Shown here piece after piece: positions 1-10,597 of a stretch of 64,000 nt of DNA (position 1 is the stretch's first letter; each line of letters opens with the position of its first letter). The stretch is from assembly GCA_022072165.1 (NCBI GenBank), contig JAJVIF010000001.1, positions 1,489,353 to 1,553,352 of the forward strand. Direction: 5' to 3'. The translations under genes and the position numbers were made by a program. This DNA comes from a bacterium (GTDB taxonomy: Bacteria; JAJVIF01). Below the pieces are notes generated by a model. The model was not told where the DNA came from. It saw only the letters and a program-made list of their open reading frames with translations, and did not search any database.

Positions 1-2008
1 CGAAGAGTGGCGGTCGCTTCTGAAATCGCTGCCAACAATCTGGGAGGAATCGCTGGCACCGGTCATCAGCCTCGTGGCGGACCTGCTGGACGCCCGGGAC
101 CATGCCGCCACCGGCGACCCGCAGGACTTCATTGATGCGGCGGTCGGCTGGCTGCAGGGGACGCTGCTTCCGCTCTGGCGACGCGAACAAACCGAGGATG
201 CGGGAGTCGGCGGGACTGTCGCCTCGACTCTCCTGACGCTGGCGACGCTGCTGCTGGAACTCCCGGTCGATGCGGCCGCCCTGCAGGAACTGGAGATGGC
301 TCCCTGGACGCTGATCGAACAGGCACTGGCATCGACCTCCTGGGAAGTCCGGGACGCCCGTCGCGAAGTCCTGCGAGTGGTCGATGCGGAAAGCGCTCGG
401 GACATCGAGGCGGACCACATCGCCATTCTTGGGCTGACGCTGGGGAGCTGGCCGCGACGTCCGGCATCAGAGCCGTTTTTCGATGACGATTTGCGTCGGC
501 TCCTCTCCGAGACACAGCGTGGTGAAGGAGCGGAACGACATCGGCGACTCGATGCCTGGTCACGTCCGGACTGGAAAACCGAAGACACGACGCTGGCACT
601 CGAAGGCTGGCTCTTCCGGGTCGCCTGCGGACGGGCGCGATCAACACTCCTCCTAAGTGCGCCTGCCACGGAAGAAGGCCAGCCGGTGGAACCATCCCCC
701 TGGTGGCAACAGCTGGCGATCGCGACCGGAACCATCGAGGCGGACCTGCCAGGGCAACGACTCGCTCCAGTGACAGAGTGGGTCCATCCTGCGGATGCCC
801 GGTACTGGCTCGCCTGCTGGCATCGGGAAGCCAGCGTGGCGGCAGCGCAGCACGATGCCAGCGGACGTCATGCCCGGGGGCAGCTTGGCCTGCAGGACTC
901 GCATCTGGCGTCGGTGGTCGCGCCTCAGCTCGCCGCAGCGCTACAAGAAGAAGCCGTCGTTGGTCCGATTGTGCTGGAGGCAGCCGCCCAATGGCCGCAG
1001 GGGATCACCGGGCTCACGAATCCCTATCCCGAATGGGTGTTGCAACGTCCTTCAGCATCGGGACTCAATGACCTGGCGCAGTGCGCGTTCAAATTTTTCG
1101 CCGGACGTGTTTGTCATCTGACGGAACCCGATCCCCCGGTAACCGCCGGACTGGAAAGAAAGCAACGTGGCATTTTGGTACACAAGGCGCTCGAAGAATG
1201 GAGTCGCCATGATCCGAAGCATCGACTCCCCGCGCTCATGGAGGCTTTTGCGGAAGCATGGCAGTCGCAGATCAAGGACCCCGATTCACCGCTCTATCTA
1301 CCGCAGCGCCTGGAGATGGAACGTCGGCTGGCGAAGGTCGCCGATGTGGAGCAAAGCGCGATTCCCTGGGAGCGTCTGGAGACCCGGGTGGAGGTCCGTT
1401 TCGGGGCCGATGGCGAGATCGCGCTGCCGCTGCCCGGGCAGGATCCGTTCGTGTTCACGGGGTTCATTGATCGTCTCGACATCGTGGATTTTCAGGGGAC
1501 CAGGTGCGTCGCCCTGATGGACTACAAAAACAGCAAGAAGTCGCTGAAGGATAAAGAGAAGGATCTCCAGATGGCGGTGGCGAGCGACGACGCGGCAGAA
1601 GAGAGCGACTGGGGAGCCGCGCCGGTGGCCTCCGATGTCACGCTGCTGTCGAATGATGTCCAGTTGCCGCTCTATGCCTTCGCCGCCAATGTCCTCACCG
1701 GCCTGCCGGTCCTGGTGGCGTTCCATTACCCGCTAGGCGCGCCGGACAAGCGGTCCTTCGCCTTTATCCCCAGCACCGGCACCTGGCGAGTGGAAGACTG
1801 GAAGTCGGCGGAGCTGCGGGTCGCCACCGATGCGGAATGGACGCGCTGCATGGCGGCACTGAGCGGACGTATCTCGGAGTTGCTGGCGCAGATCGCTGCG
1901 GGACGCATCGAGCCGACACCACTGATTCGACGCTTCTGCGGTCCGGGCTCCTGCGCGTTTGCGCGATTGTGTCGCTATGACGATCTCCCCCAACGGAGCC
2001 GCTGGTGA
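1..2008 (+). CDS. addB: ATP-dependent helicase/nuclease subunit B-like (AddB/RexB-type), 5'-truncated by window edge
   Basis: Reading frame is open from base 2 with no in-window start. C-terminal PD-(D/E)xK motif '...VALMDYKNSKK'. Cys cluster: one upstream Cys plus 'FCGPGSCAFARLC' at the C-terminus, AddB Fe-S-like. 4-nt ATGA overlap with the downstream UvrD-like gene. Confidence 0.7.
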   Translation, partial: EEWRSLLKSLPTIWEESLAPVISLVADLLDARDHAATGDPQDFIDAAVGWLQGTLLPLWRREQTEDAGVGGTVASTLLTLATLLLELPVDAAALQELEMAPWTLIEQALASTSWEVRDARREVLRVVDAESARDIEADHIAILGLTLGSWPRRPASEPFFDDDLRRLLSETQRGEGAERHRRLDAWSRPDWKTEDTTLALEGWLFRVACGRARSTLLLSAPATEEGQPVEPSPWWQQLAIATGTIEADLPGQRLAPVTEWVHPADARYWLACWHREASVAAAQHDASGRHARGQLGLQDSHLASVVAPQLAAALQEEAVVGPIVLEAAAQWPQGITGLTNPYPEWVLQRPSASGLNDLAQCAFKFFAGRVCHLTEPDPPVTAGLERKQRGILVHKALEEWSRHDPKHRLPALMEAFAEAWQSQIKDPDSPLYLPQRLEMERRLAKVADVEQSAIPWERLETRVEVRFGADGEIALPLPGQDPFVFTGFIDRLDIVDFQGTRCVALMDYKNSKKSLKDKEKDLQMAVASDDAAEESDWGAAPVASDVTLLSNDVQLPLYAFAANVLTGLPVLVAFHYPLGAPDKRSFAFIPSTGTWRVEDWKSAELRVATDAEWTRCMAALSGRISELLAQIAAGRIEPTPLIRRFCGPGSCAFARLCRYDDLPQRSRW

Positions 2009-5000
2009 GCACTACCCTCCCCCCCGATTTACAGACCCTGCTCCTGGGAGGCATGAATCCGCCGCAGGAAGCAGCGGTCCGCGCGACAGGGCAGCATCTG
2101 GTCATCGAAGCTGGCGCGGGGTCGGGCAAAACGAGTGTCCTGACGACGCACTATGTCTGGCTCCTCCTGGAAGGTGCCACGCCGGCGACGGTGGATCAGC
2201 TGATGCTGGTGACCTTTACCCGCAAGGCGGCCGCCGAGATGCAGGGGCGGGTCCGGCAGCTGCTGCAAAAGGTGAGCCAGCGGGAGGATCAGTCAGGGAA
2301 TCGCGCACGAACCGCGCTGGAGCAACTGGACCGTGCCTGGATCGGGACCTTCGACAGCCTGACCGCACGTCTGCTCCGGGAGTACGCGCTGCTGGCGGAT
2401 CTCGATCCCGGCTTCGTGATCCTGGAGGAATACGCCGCAGCGCAACTGCAGCGGCAGTCCCTGGAACGGCAACTGCGACAGTGGCAGCAGCAGGAGGGCC
2501 TCGGGCTGGCGTTTGGGGACATCTACGCCCGGGTTGCCTGGTATCTGTCACAGGACAATGCCAGCCTCGAGGAGTTCCTGGAAAACTTCATCGGGCTGTA
2601 TGAGCGGATCCGGCTGGGAACACTGGGACATCTCACCACGGAAGCGCTGGTGAAGTCGCAGACGGTGTCAATCTGGTCGTGGCTCAACGAACTGCAATCT
2701 GCTGCTGATGACATCGAGATCCCTGCCAGCAAGTGGGACCCACTGAACGGCTCCTGCCGTCTGATCGAGCTGACACGGAAGAGCCTGCCTGGGATCATGC
2801 TTGATGCCCAGTCCGAAGACTGGGAAGCAGTCGCGCGGCAATTACATCAACTAGCCCAGGACGTCTCCTTCCCGGGGGGAGCCCTGCAGGTGGTGCGCGA
2901 ACTGCGGTCGATGCTCTCCAGGAAAGCTATCGCGGAAGAGATTTTGCCGCTCATCGTCCAGCAGCTGAGCGCGCCCTACCTCATGCAGTTGGCGGATCTC
3001 CTGCAGGCCCACGACCGGGAATACACCCGTCTCAAGCAGGAACTGGGCGTCCTCGATTTTCTCGATCTGAGTCTGCGACTCGATCAGCTCCTGGCCGACC
3101 CCGCTCATCGTTGGCTGGTACAGCGTCTGCGACAGCGGTTCCGGCATCTGCTGGTCGATGAGTTCCAGGACACCAATCGTCCACAATGCGCGTTTCTCGA
3201 AGCGCTGGGGGACCTGCCAGTCCGGGGCTCCGGGGCACCGACCGCCACCCGCATCTGTGTGGTGGGGGACCCCAAGCAGAGCATCTATGGCTTTCGCAAT
3301 GCCGACCTCGGGGAGTACCTCCATTTGCGCGATGACCTCCTGGGCGCTCGCCCGGACGTGCCCGTCGATATGCCGTCACCCCGGCTGATACGCCTCACCA
3401 CGAATTACCGCTCGCGGTCTGATGTGCTGGACCTCGGCAACTCCCTGCTGGCCTTTCTGGAAGCAGATCTCGCCAGCGAAATGCCGCCGCTCTTTACGCC
3501 GGAGTCGCAACTGACACCAGGACTGACCTTTCCAGCAGCCAGCCCGGAGCAGCTGGCACTCCTGGCGACTCCGCCGGATCCGGAGACCGGCGCGAAAAGC
3601 GATGCCCTGCGGGAAGGGCGGCTGCTGGCGCGGTATCTGAGTCAGCTGGTGGATGCCGGGACCCCGATCTACCGGCGTTCGGATCAGACCACTTCCCCCC
3701 TGACCTGGGGAGATATCGCGGTGCTGGTCCGGACGTCCGATGGCTACCGGGGACTGGAAAAGGCGTTCCGGGAGTTTGGACTCCCCTACACCGTCGTGCA
3801 GGGTCGGGGCTTCTTTGAGGCCCCCGAAGTACAGGAGGTGCTGCAGGTCCTGCGCCTGTTGCGGAATGCCGGGGATGACATCGCCTGCGCCTCGGTCCTT
3901 ACCGGCCCCCTGGGCGGGCTGTCGATGGAAGGATTGCTCACCCTGACCAACCGTCAGGGCTCCCGACGGGCTCCGGACAGAGTCCGCAAAACCCTCTGGG
4001 AAGTCGCTTCCGGGAGTCTCATATTGCTGGGACTCTCCCAAGAGGACATCGCAGCCTGCCAGCGGGTCCGGGACCTCATCACTCAGCTGCGTCAGGGGCT
4101 CCTGACGGAGTCGCTGAGCATGGTGCTGGAGCGGCTGTATGACGCGAGCGGACTGCTGACCATCGCCATGACTCAGACCGATGGGCTCCGTCGATTCGCC
4201 AATCTCCGGCAGCTACAGCAGTTCGCCAGTAACTACCCCATCGCGGGTCAGGAAGCGCTGCGTCAGTTTGTGGACGCGATGGCGGAGTTCGAGATCCGGG
4301 AGGCCCGGATCGGCGAAGCGGCCGTCGATGTCCCCGGTAATGGCGCGATCAGCCTCTTGACCATCCACGCGGCCAAAGGGCTGGAGTGGCCGATGGTCGT
4401 GATGCTGCAGATGGAGAAGACTCCGAATTCAGAGTCAACACGGTGGCACTGGTCACCCGACGAAGGGCTGGGCATCAGTCTGCCCCTGACTGGCATTGAT
4501 AGCCCTGTCCCGTCACTGACCCTGAAAGCGATTCGTCAGACGCTGAAAGCCCGACGCGATGAAGAACGTCTCCGGCTGCTCTATGTCGGCATCACCCGGG
4601 CGGAAGATCGCCTGGTGCTGTGTGGCCGCCTCAGCAGCTCACGCACGCAAGAGGGAGGGCCGCCGAAGCTCGTTGCCCGGGGCTGGCTGAAGAATCTGTA
4701 CGACTGGGGACAGGTCGAGCCGGGCAATGCAGCCCCCCTGTGTCGCGATGTCGCATCGCTGGGTGTCCTCGATACAGCGGCACTGGAGCTGCTGACCCCT
4801 GCCGGGGTGGTCGAGCCGGTCACGGATGCCAACGTGCCCCTGCCTGCGACGGTCCAGGAGGCGGTCTCGCGCCTTGCCTGGACTCCCCCACCCCCGGACC
4901 TGCGTCCTGCGGTGATCAACGTGACGGCCCTCACTGCTTTCGCCCGGTGTCCTGCGCAATACGCCTTTCGCTATGAAGCGCAGCTGCCCCCTGATCGGTC

Positions 5001-5754
5001 GTTGCGGATGCGCCCTGATATCCGGGCCGAGATTTCCGCCGCCGGACTGGGCCAGGCGCTGCATCAGATGCTGCAACTGCATGTGGAGGGGCGTCTGGGA
5101 GAAACCCAGGCGAGCCGGGATGCCATGCTCCCGCTGGTGCTCGCCGAAGCGGGCATCACGCCCAACGGTCCAGCCCTGGCCCGACTCGCCACCCTGGTCG
5201 CGGGGTACCTGGCGCATCCGCTCCTCGCCAGCGACCTCCTCACAGCCCGACGCGTTTTCGCGGAGATGTCGCTGAGCTGGTGGCTGCCGGTGCCGGGATC
5301 CACTTCAGGTGAACGCGCATATCTGCAGGGGAAGCCCGACCTGCTCCTGGAAGCCGCGGATGGAACCTGGCGGGTGGTGGACTACAAGACGTATACCCCC
5401 AAGTGGGAAGAGTCGCAGGAGGAGAGCGACCTGACGCCGCTGACGCTGCAGCTCACTGCTTATGCGCTGGGAGTCAGCCGGTGGCAGGGGATCGCGCCGG
5501 AGTCGGTCCGGCTGGAGATCCTCGCGCCTCTGTCTCCTGAAGACGACGAGTCGGATGGTGGGGTCGTACTGACCTCAGTGGCACCAGACATTGCGCTGTT
5601 TGAGTCCTCACTGATGCAGTACCTGGAGGCGCTGAAATCCTGGTCTCCGCACGCGCGCCCCTATGTTGTCGATTCCCGGTGTTTCGCCTGCGGATACCAC
5701 GAGCGGTGCCCCGGCTTTCTGGAACGTCGACCCGTCAGTGCAGCGCGACAATAA
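2005..5754 (+). CDS. addA: UvrD/PcrA-family helicase with C-terminal RecB-like nuclease (AddA/RexA-like)
   Basis: Walker A 'EAGAGSGKTS', DExx 'LLVDEFQDTN', 'VGDPKQSIYGFRNAD', 'TNYRS'. C-terminal nuclease 'VVDYKTY' flanked by Cys 'FARCPAQ' and 'CFACGYHERCPGF'. 1249 aa. Confidence 0.85.
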   Translation: MSTTLPPDLQTLLLGGMNPPQEAAVRATGQHLVIEAGAGSGKTSVLTTHYVWLLLEGATPATVDQLMLVTFTRKAAAEMQGRVRQLLQKVSQREDQSGNRARTALEQLDRAWIGTFDSLTARLLREYALLADLDPGFVILEEYAAAQLQRQSLERQLRQWQQQEGLGLAFGDIYARVAWYLSQDNASLEEFLENFIGLYERIRLGTLGHLTTEALVKSQTVSIWSWLNELQSAADDIEIPASKWDPLNGSCRLIELTRKSLPGIMLDAQSEDWEAVARQLHQLAQDVSFPGGALQVVRELRSMLSRKAIAEEILPLIVQQLSAPYLMQLADLLQAHDREYTRLKQELGVLDFLDLSLRLDQLLADPAHRWLVQRLRQRFRHLLVDEFQDTNRPQCAFLEALGDLPVRGSGAPTATRICVVGDPKQSIYGFRNADLGEYLHLRDDLLGARPDVPVDMPSPRLIRLTTNYRSRSDVLDLGNSLLAFLEADLASEMPPLFTPESQLTPGLTFPAASPEQLALLATPPDPETGAKSDALREGRLLARYLSQLVDAGTPIYRRSDQTTSPLTWGDIAVLVRTSDGYRGLEKAFREFGLPYTVVQGRGFFEAPEVQEVLQVLRLLRNAGDDIACASVLTGPLGGLSMEGLLTLTNRQGSRRAPDRVRKTLWEVASGSLILLGLSQEDIAACQRVRDLITQLRQGLLTESLSMVLERLYDASGLLTIAMTQTDGLRRFANLRQLQQFASNYPIAGQEALRQFVDAMAEFEIREARIGEAAVDVPGNGAISLLTIHAAKGLEWPMVVMLQMEKTPNSESTRWHWSPDEGLGISLPLTGIDSPVPSLTLKAIRQTLKARRDEERLRLLYVGITRAEDRLVLCGRLSSSRTQEGGPPKLVARGWLKNLYDWGQVEPGNAAPLCRDVASLGVLDTAALELLTPAGVVEPVTDANVPLPATVQEAVSRLAWTPPPPDLRPAVINVTALTAFARCPAQYAFRYEAQLPPDRSLRMRPDIRAEISAAGLGQALHQMLQLHVEGRLGETQASRDAMLPLVLAEAGITPNGPALARLATLVAGYLAHPLLASDLLTARRVFAEMSLSWWLPVPGSTSGERAYLQGKPDLLLEAADGTWRVVDYKTYTPKWEESQEESDLTPLTLQLTAYALGVSRWQGIAPESVRLEILAPLSPEDDESDGGVVLTSVAPDIALFESSLMQYLEALKSWSPHARPYVVDSRCFACGYHERCPGFLERRPVSAARQ

Positions 5755-7009
5755 TCGCGATTCCGACAGTCATGATCAGCACCGTAGAGTACCAGCCGTA
5801 GCGGAGATACTCGCCGAAGGAGAGGTCATAAGCCCGGCGCGCCCCTTCGGCGACGATGATGTTGGCAACCGAACCGAGAAGCGTGAAGTTTCCGGCGATG
5901 GTGGTGATCCAGGCCATGAGCAGCCACCCGAGTTCGGGATCTCCCAGACGGTCAAGATGGGGTCCTGTCAGCAGCACCATTGGGACATTGGAGACAAGAT
6001 TTGATCCGAGGGTCAGCATGGTCGCGAAGAGGGCCAGTCCAGGGAGTTGGTCGTAGCGCATCTGTGGTGCGAGATGTTCCCACTGTTCATGAAGGAGTCC
6101 GGTCTGCTCCAGCCCTCCGACGACGACAAAGAGGCTCGCGAAGAAGACCAGGACGGTCCAGTCGATGCGAGCGAAGAGGGGGCTGGGGTCCCGCCGTGAC
6201 AGGGTCATGGCCAGTACCCCACCACCTAAGGCGGCATAGCCCAGGTGCATCCCCGCCAGAAACGCGACAAGCACCGCCGCACTGGCGACAGCGACAATCC
6301 GAATGCGTTGCCAGTCGGGTTCCCGGACTGGCAGCGCCGTGTCCGCGACGTCGGTCACATCAGGCTCGGGATCCGTCGCCGGTGAAGCGGTATCAGAGTC
6401 GACGGGGACCAGCGACCGGCTGTAGTGGCGCTCCAGCAGCCAGGCATTGATGGCGAGTCCGGCCATCGCTGCCGGGGCGCATAGGAGGAAAAAGCGGAGA
6501 AACGCAATCTGGCTCAGATTGCCGATCAGCATGTTCTGGGGATTCCCCACGAGTGTCGCTGCGCTGCCGATGTTCGCCGAGGTGGCGAGGGCCATCAGGT
6601 AGGGTCCCAATGGGAGTCGGCGCATCCGGCAGGTCATGACGATGACGGGGGTCAGCACGAGGCAGATGGTGTCGTTCACGAAAATCGCGCTGAGGCAACC
6701 GGCCAGCCAGACTGTGAGTCGCAACAGCTGGAGGTCGGAGAGCGCTGACCCCAGGAGTCGGGCGCTGACCCAGGGGAAAAATCCTGCTTCCGCGAACTGG
6801 GCGGTCAGCAGCATCATGGCAAAGAGGAGCAGGAGGGTGTCGAGGTCCAGGGCGGCGTAACTGGCAGCCGGCGTGAGCACCCCGGTCAGTACCATCAGGA
6901 CCGCTCCCAGCAGGGCTCCGCCCGGCCGGCCCAGCGGCAACCACCGAAGGCGCCGTGCGGCGATCAGCAGGTAGGTGCCACAGAAGATGACCAGCGCGAG
7001 CGTTGTCAT
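5735..7009 (-). CDS. ArsB/NhaD-superfamily ion/anion permease (citrate-transporter-like fold)
   Basis: Polytopic membrane protein, 424 aa. Motif '[27 protein letters not shown]' is typical of the ArsB/NhaD permease family. Confidence 0.7.
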   Translation of the reverse strand: MTTLALVIFCGTYLLIAARRLRWLPLGRPGGALLGAVLMVLTGVLTPAASYAALDLDTLLLLFAMMLLTAQFAEAGFFPWVSARLLGSALSDLQLLRLTVWLAGCLSAIFVNDTICLVLTPVIVMTCRMRRLPLGPYLMALATSANIGSAATLVGNPQNMLIGNLSQIAFLRFFLLCAPAAMAGLAINAWLLERHYSRSLVPVDSDTASPATDPEPDVTDVADTALPVREPDWQRIRIVAVASAAVLVAFLAGMHLGYAALGGGVLAMTLSRRDPSPLFARIDWTVLVFFASLFVVVGGLEQTGLLHEQWEHLAPQMRYDQLPGLALFATMLTLGSNLVSNVPMVLLTGPHLDRLGDPELGWLLMAWITTIAGNFTLLGSVANIIVAEGARRAYDLSFGEYLRYGWYSTVLIMTVGIAIIVALH

Positions 7010-7080
7010 GCTGCAGTCGCGGGAACAAACTCCCCCGGTGCGGGGTTGAAGCGGGTAGCATACTCACGGAGGTGGATTCC

Positions 7081-8190
7081 ATGACGGACCGCACCACCTG
7101 GACCCTCCTGGTTGTCCTGGCCCTCGCCGGGGCAGGGATTGGGTCCGTGCTCACACGCTCCACTACGGCTGCCGAGGAGACTATGACACCTGAAGAACTC
7201 GCCCCGGCCTGCGAAACGGCCTGCGGCCTGCCCGACTCCGACGAGGAGTTGCGGAAGCTCCTGTCACCGGAGCAATACCGCATCATGAAGGAGAACGGCA
7301 CCGAGCGTCCGTTCGCCAACGAGTACTGGGACAACCACAAAGAAGGGCTTTATGTCGACCGGATCACCGGGACCGTCCTCTTTTCCTCGAAGGACAAGTT
7401 CGACTCCGGTACCGGCTGGCCCAGCTTCACCCGCCCTGTCCATCGGGAGTACCTGGTGGAACTCGCCGATGCGAGTCACGGGATGGTCCGGACCGAGGTC
7501 CGCTCCCTCACCAGTGATTCCCATCTGGGCCATGTCTTTCCCGATGGCCCCCCTCCGACCCGCCAGCGCTACTGCATGAACTCGGCCTCCCTCCTCTTCA
7601 TTGGGGTGGAGCATCTGGAAGAGACCGGCTACGGCAACTATCTGCCCCTCTTCGGCCAGCTCCCCACGAAGCCGGGGAACAATCCGGAAGCGATTCCGGG
7701 AGTCGTGGAACTGGCGACTTTCGGCGGGGGCTGCTTCTGGGGGGTCGAGACCTTCCTGCGGGATGTCCCCGGGGTGGTCGCGACCTCGGTCGGCTATGAG
7801 GGCGGACACACCGAACAGCCGACATACAAGCAGGTCTGCAGCAAGTCAACGGGCCATGCGGAGGTCGCACTGGTGGCCTATGCGCCATCGGTCGTGAGCT
7901 ACGAAACGCTGCTGAAGACGTTCTTCGAGTACCACGACCCGACCCAGCTGAATCGTCAGGGACCGGATGTCGGGGACCAGTACCGGTCGGTGATTTTTAC
8001 GCACAATGCGGAGCAGGATCGGCTGGCGCGGGCGTTCATCGCGGATCTCACGAGTCGGGGCATTTTCCGTCAGCCCATCGTGACCCAGGTCCTCCCCTCG
8101 CAGACCTACTGGAAGGCCGAGGAGTACCACCAGCAGTACTTTGAGAAGCAGGGGCATGTGAGCTGCCATCCGCGTCAGCGGACGCTGTAA
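7081..8190 (+). CDS. msrBA: Bifunctional methionine sulfoxide reductase MsrB-MsrA with N-terminal membrane anchor
   Basis: N-terminal TM '[15 protein letters not shown]'. MsrB motifs 'GTGWPSF', '[10 protein letters not shown]', 'RYCMNSASL'. MsrA motifs 'GGGCFWGVE', '[10 protein letters not shown]', '[21 protein letters not shown]'. The ORF-track start at 7003 is probably upstream of the true ATG at 7081. Confidence 0.9.
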   Translation: MTDRTTWTLLVVLALAGAGIGSVLTRSTTAAEETMTPEELAPACETACGLPDSDEELRKLLSPEQYRIMKENGTERPFANEYWDNHKEGLYVDRITGTVLFSSKDKFDSGTGWPSFTRPVHREYLVELADASHGMVRTEVRSLTSDSHLGHVFPDGPPPTRQRYCMNSASLLFIGVEHLEETGYGNYLPLFGQLPTKPGNNPEAIPGVVELATFGGGCFWGVETFLRDVPGVVATSVGYEGGHTEQPTYKQVCSKSTGHAEVALVAYAPSVVSYETLLKTFFEYHDPTQLNRQGPDVGDQYRSVIFTHNAEQDRLARAFIADLTSRGIFRQPIVTQVLPSQTYWKAEEYHQQYFEKQGHVSCHPRQRTL

Positions 8191-8215
8191 CAGAGGCATA
8201 CCATGCAAGTGCGGA

Positions 8216-8249
8216 GGACCGGTGCTGCACAGAGCACCGGTCCTTTGCT
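8216..8249 (+). terminator. Rho-independent terminator after msrBA
   Basis: Perfect 11-bp stem GGACCGGTGCT / AGCACCGGTCC with 6-nt loop, followed by TTTGCTGT. Confidence 0.7.
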
Positions 8250-8391
8250 GTGTGGCAGAGTCAGGCGGAAGTGGGTCGCTGGCATCTGTCACCCTGACGC
8301 TCGATGTGGCCACCGGGGTGCGCAGCAAAGCAGAAGTCGCTGACTTCCTGCGACAGCACACTTCGCCGCTGTCGAGTGAAGAAACGCAGCG

Positions 8392-8853
8392 CTAGCGCTT
8401 CAGCAGATTCGCGGCGGTCTGGTAGTTCCAGGCCTCCCAGAGGGTGTAGATCCCGGCACCGATGAAGATGATGCCGACCAGACAGCCGATCGTCAGAATC
8501 CCGAGAAGAATCAGCATTCCACCGAGGAAAAATCCAATCGCCGCGGGCAACGTGTAGACCGCGTTGGTCTTGTCATTGCGCATCGCGAGGGCGACAAACG
8601 TGCCGTTCTTGATGGAACCGGCCAGGGTGACCGGGTCCCCATCCTGGATGTCCGGTACTCCCTTGAGTTTGATCTGCGCCGAAGTGTTGTCGACCCGGAA
8701 GGCCAGGACCTGGGCGGTCCCGACCGCACCCCCCTGGCGTCCCACCTGTCCGGACGTTTCCGTCGAATGGCGAATGTTGCTGATGGTTCCCGAAAGGGTG
8801 GTGAGGGCCAAGAGGGGATGTCCTTCTTCAGTAGGGTGAACAGCCTGCCTCAC
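8392..8853 (-). CDS. Hypothetical small membrane-anchored protein
   Basis: ORF with C-terminal hydrophobic helix 'GFFLGGMLILLGILTIGCLVGIIFIGAGIY'. No recognisable family. Start uncertain. Confidence 0.4.
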   Translation of the reverse strand: MRQAVHPTEEGHPLLALTTLSGTISNIRHSTETSGQVGRQGGAVGTAQVLAFRVDNTSAQIKLKGVPDIQDGDPVTLAGSIKNGTFVALAMRNDKTNAVYTLPAAIGFFLGGMLILLGILTIGCLVGIIFIGAGIYTLWEAWNYQTAANLLKR

Positions 8854-8984
8854 TATAGCGAACTCGCGCTCTACAACTTTGCTCGCCGTCCGCGAGCAGC
8901 ATCAAATGCGGATGTCTGGAGGTAGCCGCAATGGCAATCGCCAGGCGACGATGTCAGCGCGTTTGCGATTGCAATCTGGACATT

Positions 8985-9349
8985 TGGTGGAGACGGCGGG
9001 AGTCGAACCCGCGTCCGAATCAGGGTCCACCACGTCTCTTCTTACGGGCGTAGTTCCAGATTAGTTCTTACATCCCCGGATGCTCTGGTCCCCTGGCCCC
9101 GGCGACGCCAGTCCGACTGGGGTTTCGGCACTGCCCTGCTCGGACAGACTCATCAGTGCCTACTCTCCAGTAAGGGTTGCACCTCACCCGACCCCTGGAG
9201 TACCAGGTCGGGATCAGCGTCGCGGTTTCTAGGCCGCGAGAGCGTAAGAAGCGTTGCCGTTTATAGGCGGTCCAGCGTTTTACGAGATGGCTGGGTTCTC
9301 GGCCCGAAGACGTAGCCAACCTGCTGACCGTCGAAACCGGTACGTCCCC
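8985..9349 (-). ncRNA. ssrA: tmRNA (SsrA)
   Basis: 5' end GGGGACGUACCGGUUUCGACGG. tRNA-like 3' end GGUUCGACUCCCGCCGUCUCCACCA. Internal tag ORF ...AAC GCU UCU UAC GCU CUC GCG GCC UAG encodes ...NASYALAA then stop. The overlapping 481-aa antisense ORF is spurious. Confidence 0.9.
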
Positions 9350-9598
9350 ACGGTGGTCGGCCTCCAGGGGGGTCGGACACGCTCCTGTCGCGACTTGCCC
9401 CTGTGCTGAACAGGAGTATACCAGCCACAGGCCGTAGCAATGGGGCATCGGTTTCCGGCAGGTCACAATCGCAGGCACCTGGAAGAAACCAACGACCCGC
9501 CCGTACGACCAAGTGGCTACCCTGCCAGAGGACAGCGACCGTTGCTCGCCACATCGATAACTCCAGCCAGAGTACACAGAAAGTGAGACCCCACCCCC

Positions 9599-10498
9599 AT
9601 GCGTATCGCCATCACCGGCGCGACCGGCAACATCGGCAACGCCCTCGCCCGTCAGCTCCTGCAGACCAACGCCCACGAGATTCAGCTCCTGGTGCGCGAT
9701 GCCAGCAAAGTCGCAGACCTGCTCGCCGCAGGCGCGACTGCCACGGTCGGTGACCTGGCGGACCCGTCGTTCCTGACCAGCGCCACCGCAGGTGCGGATG
9801 CCCTCTTCCTGATGATTCCCCCGAACATGCAGGTCCCGGACTTTCCGGCGTATCAGCAGAGGCTGGTGAGCCACGCCGTCGCGGCAGTTCAGACCAACCA
9901 TCTGCCGCATGTGGTCCTCCTCTCTTCGGTGGGCGGACAGCAGCCGAGCGGGACCGGCCCGATCCTCGGACTCCACAAAGCAGAAAACGCGCTGCGCGAA
10001 GTAACCAGCGGTCTGACGATCCTGCGACCGGCGTACTTCATGGAGAACTTCCTCTGGAGCGCAGGGAGCATCGCGGCACAGGGTGCGCTCTACAACCCGG
10101 TCCCTGGCGAGATCAAAATCCCGATGATCGCCACCCGCGATATCGCCGCTGCTGCCGCTACGGCGATCGCCGGACCTGCGCCAGCCACGCCCCAGATTGT
10201 GGAGCTCGCCGGGCCGGTGGACCTCAGCTACCAGGAGGTCGCTGCTGACCTGAGCACCCTGCTGGGCAAGCCCGTAGCCCATGTCCAGGTGCCGGGCGCG
10301 GCTGTCCTTGAAGCTCTTCTGGGGATGGGAGTCAGCGCCAGCATGGCGGAACTCTATGTCGAACTGTACGAGGGGCTCGCGGCCGGGAAGATCGCGTATG
10401 AGCAGCCGGCGACCGTGGTCCGGACCAGCACCCCCTTCGGCCAGTTTGCTCAGGAAGTCCTCCTGCCAGCAATCACCGCCGCAGCGCCGGTCGGCTAG
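9599..10498 (+). CDS. NmrA-like / atypical SDR NAD(P)-binding protein
   Basis: N-terminal Rossmann motif 'MRIAITGATGNIGNALARQL'. 299 aa, NmrA-like fold. Confidence 0.75.
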   Translation: MRIAITGATGNIGNALARQLLQTNAHEIQLLVRDASKVADLLAAGATATVGDLADPSFLTSATAGADALFLMIPPNMQVPDFPAYQQRLVSHAVAAVQTNHLPHVVLLSSVGGQQPSGTGPILGLHKAENALREVTSGLTILRPAYFMENFLWSAGSIAAQGALYNPVPGEIKIPMIATRDIAAAAATAIAGPAPATPQIVELAGPVDLSYQEVAADLSTLLGKPVAHVQVPGAAVLEALLGMGVSASMAELYVELYEGLAAGKIAYEQPATVVRTSTPFGQFAQEVLLPAITAAAPVG

Positions 10499-10597
10499 CG
10501 GTATCAAAGCCACAGCGCGAGAGTTGACCGCAGGGCATGATCCACTGGATCATGCCCTTGCTTTTTGCAGCTCACGTCTCAGTCCCGAGGACCACTC

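Noticed and set aside
9068-10513. 481-aa minus-strand ORF
   Set aside because: It overlaps the tmRNA and is antisense to the NmrA-like gene. It is a GC-bias artefact.
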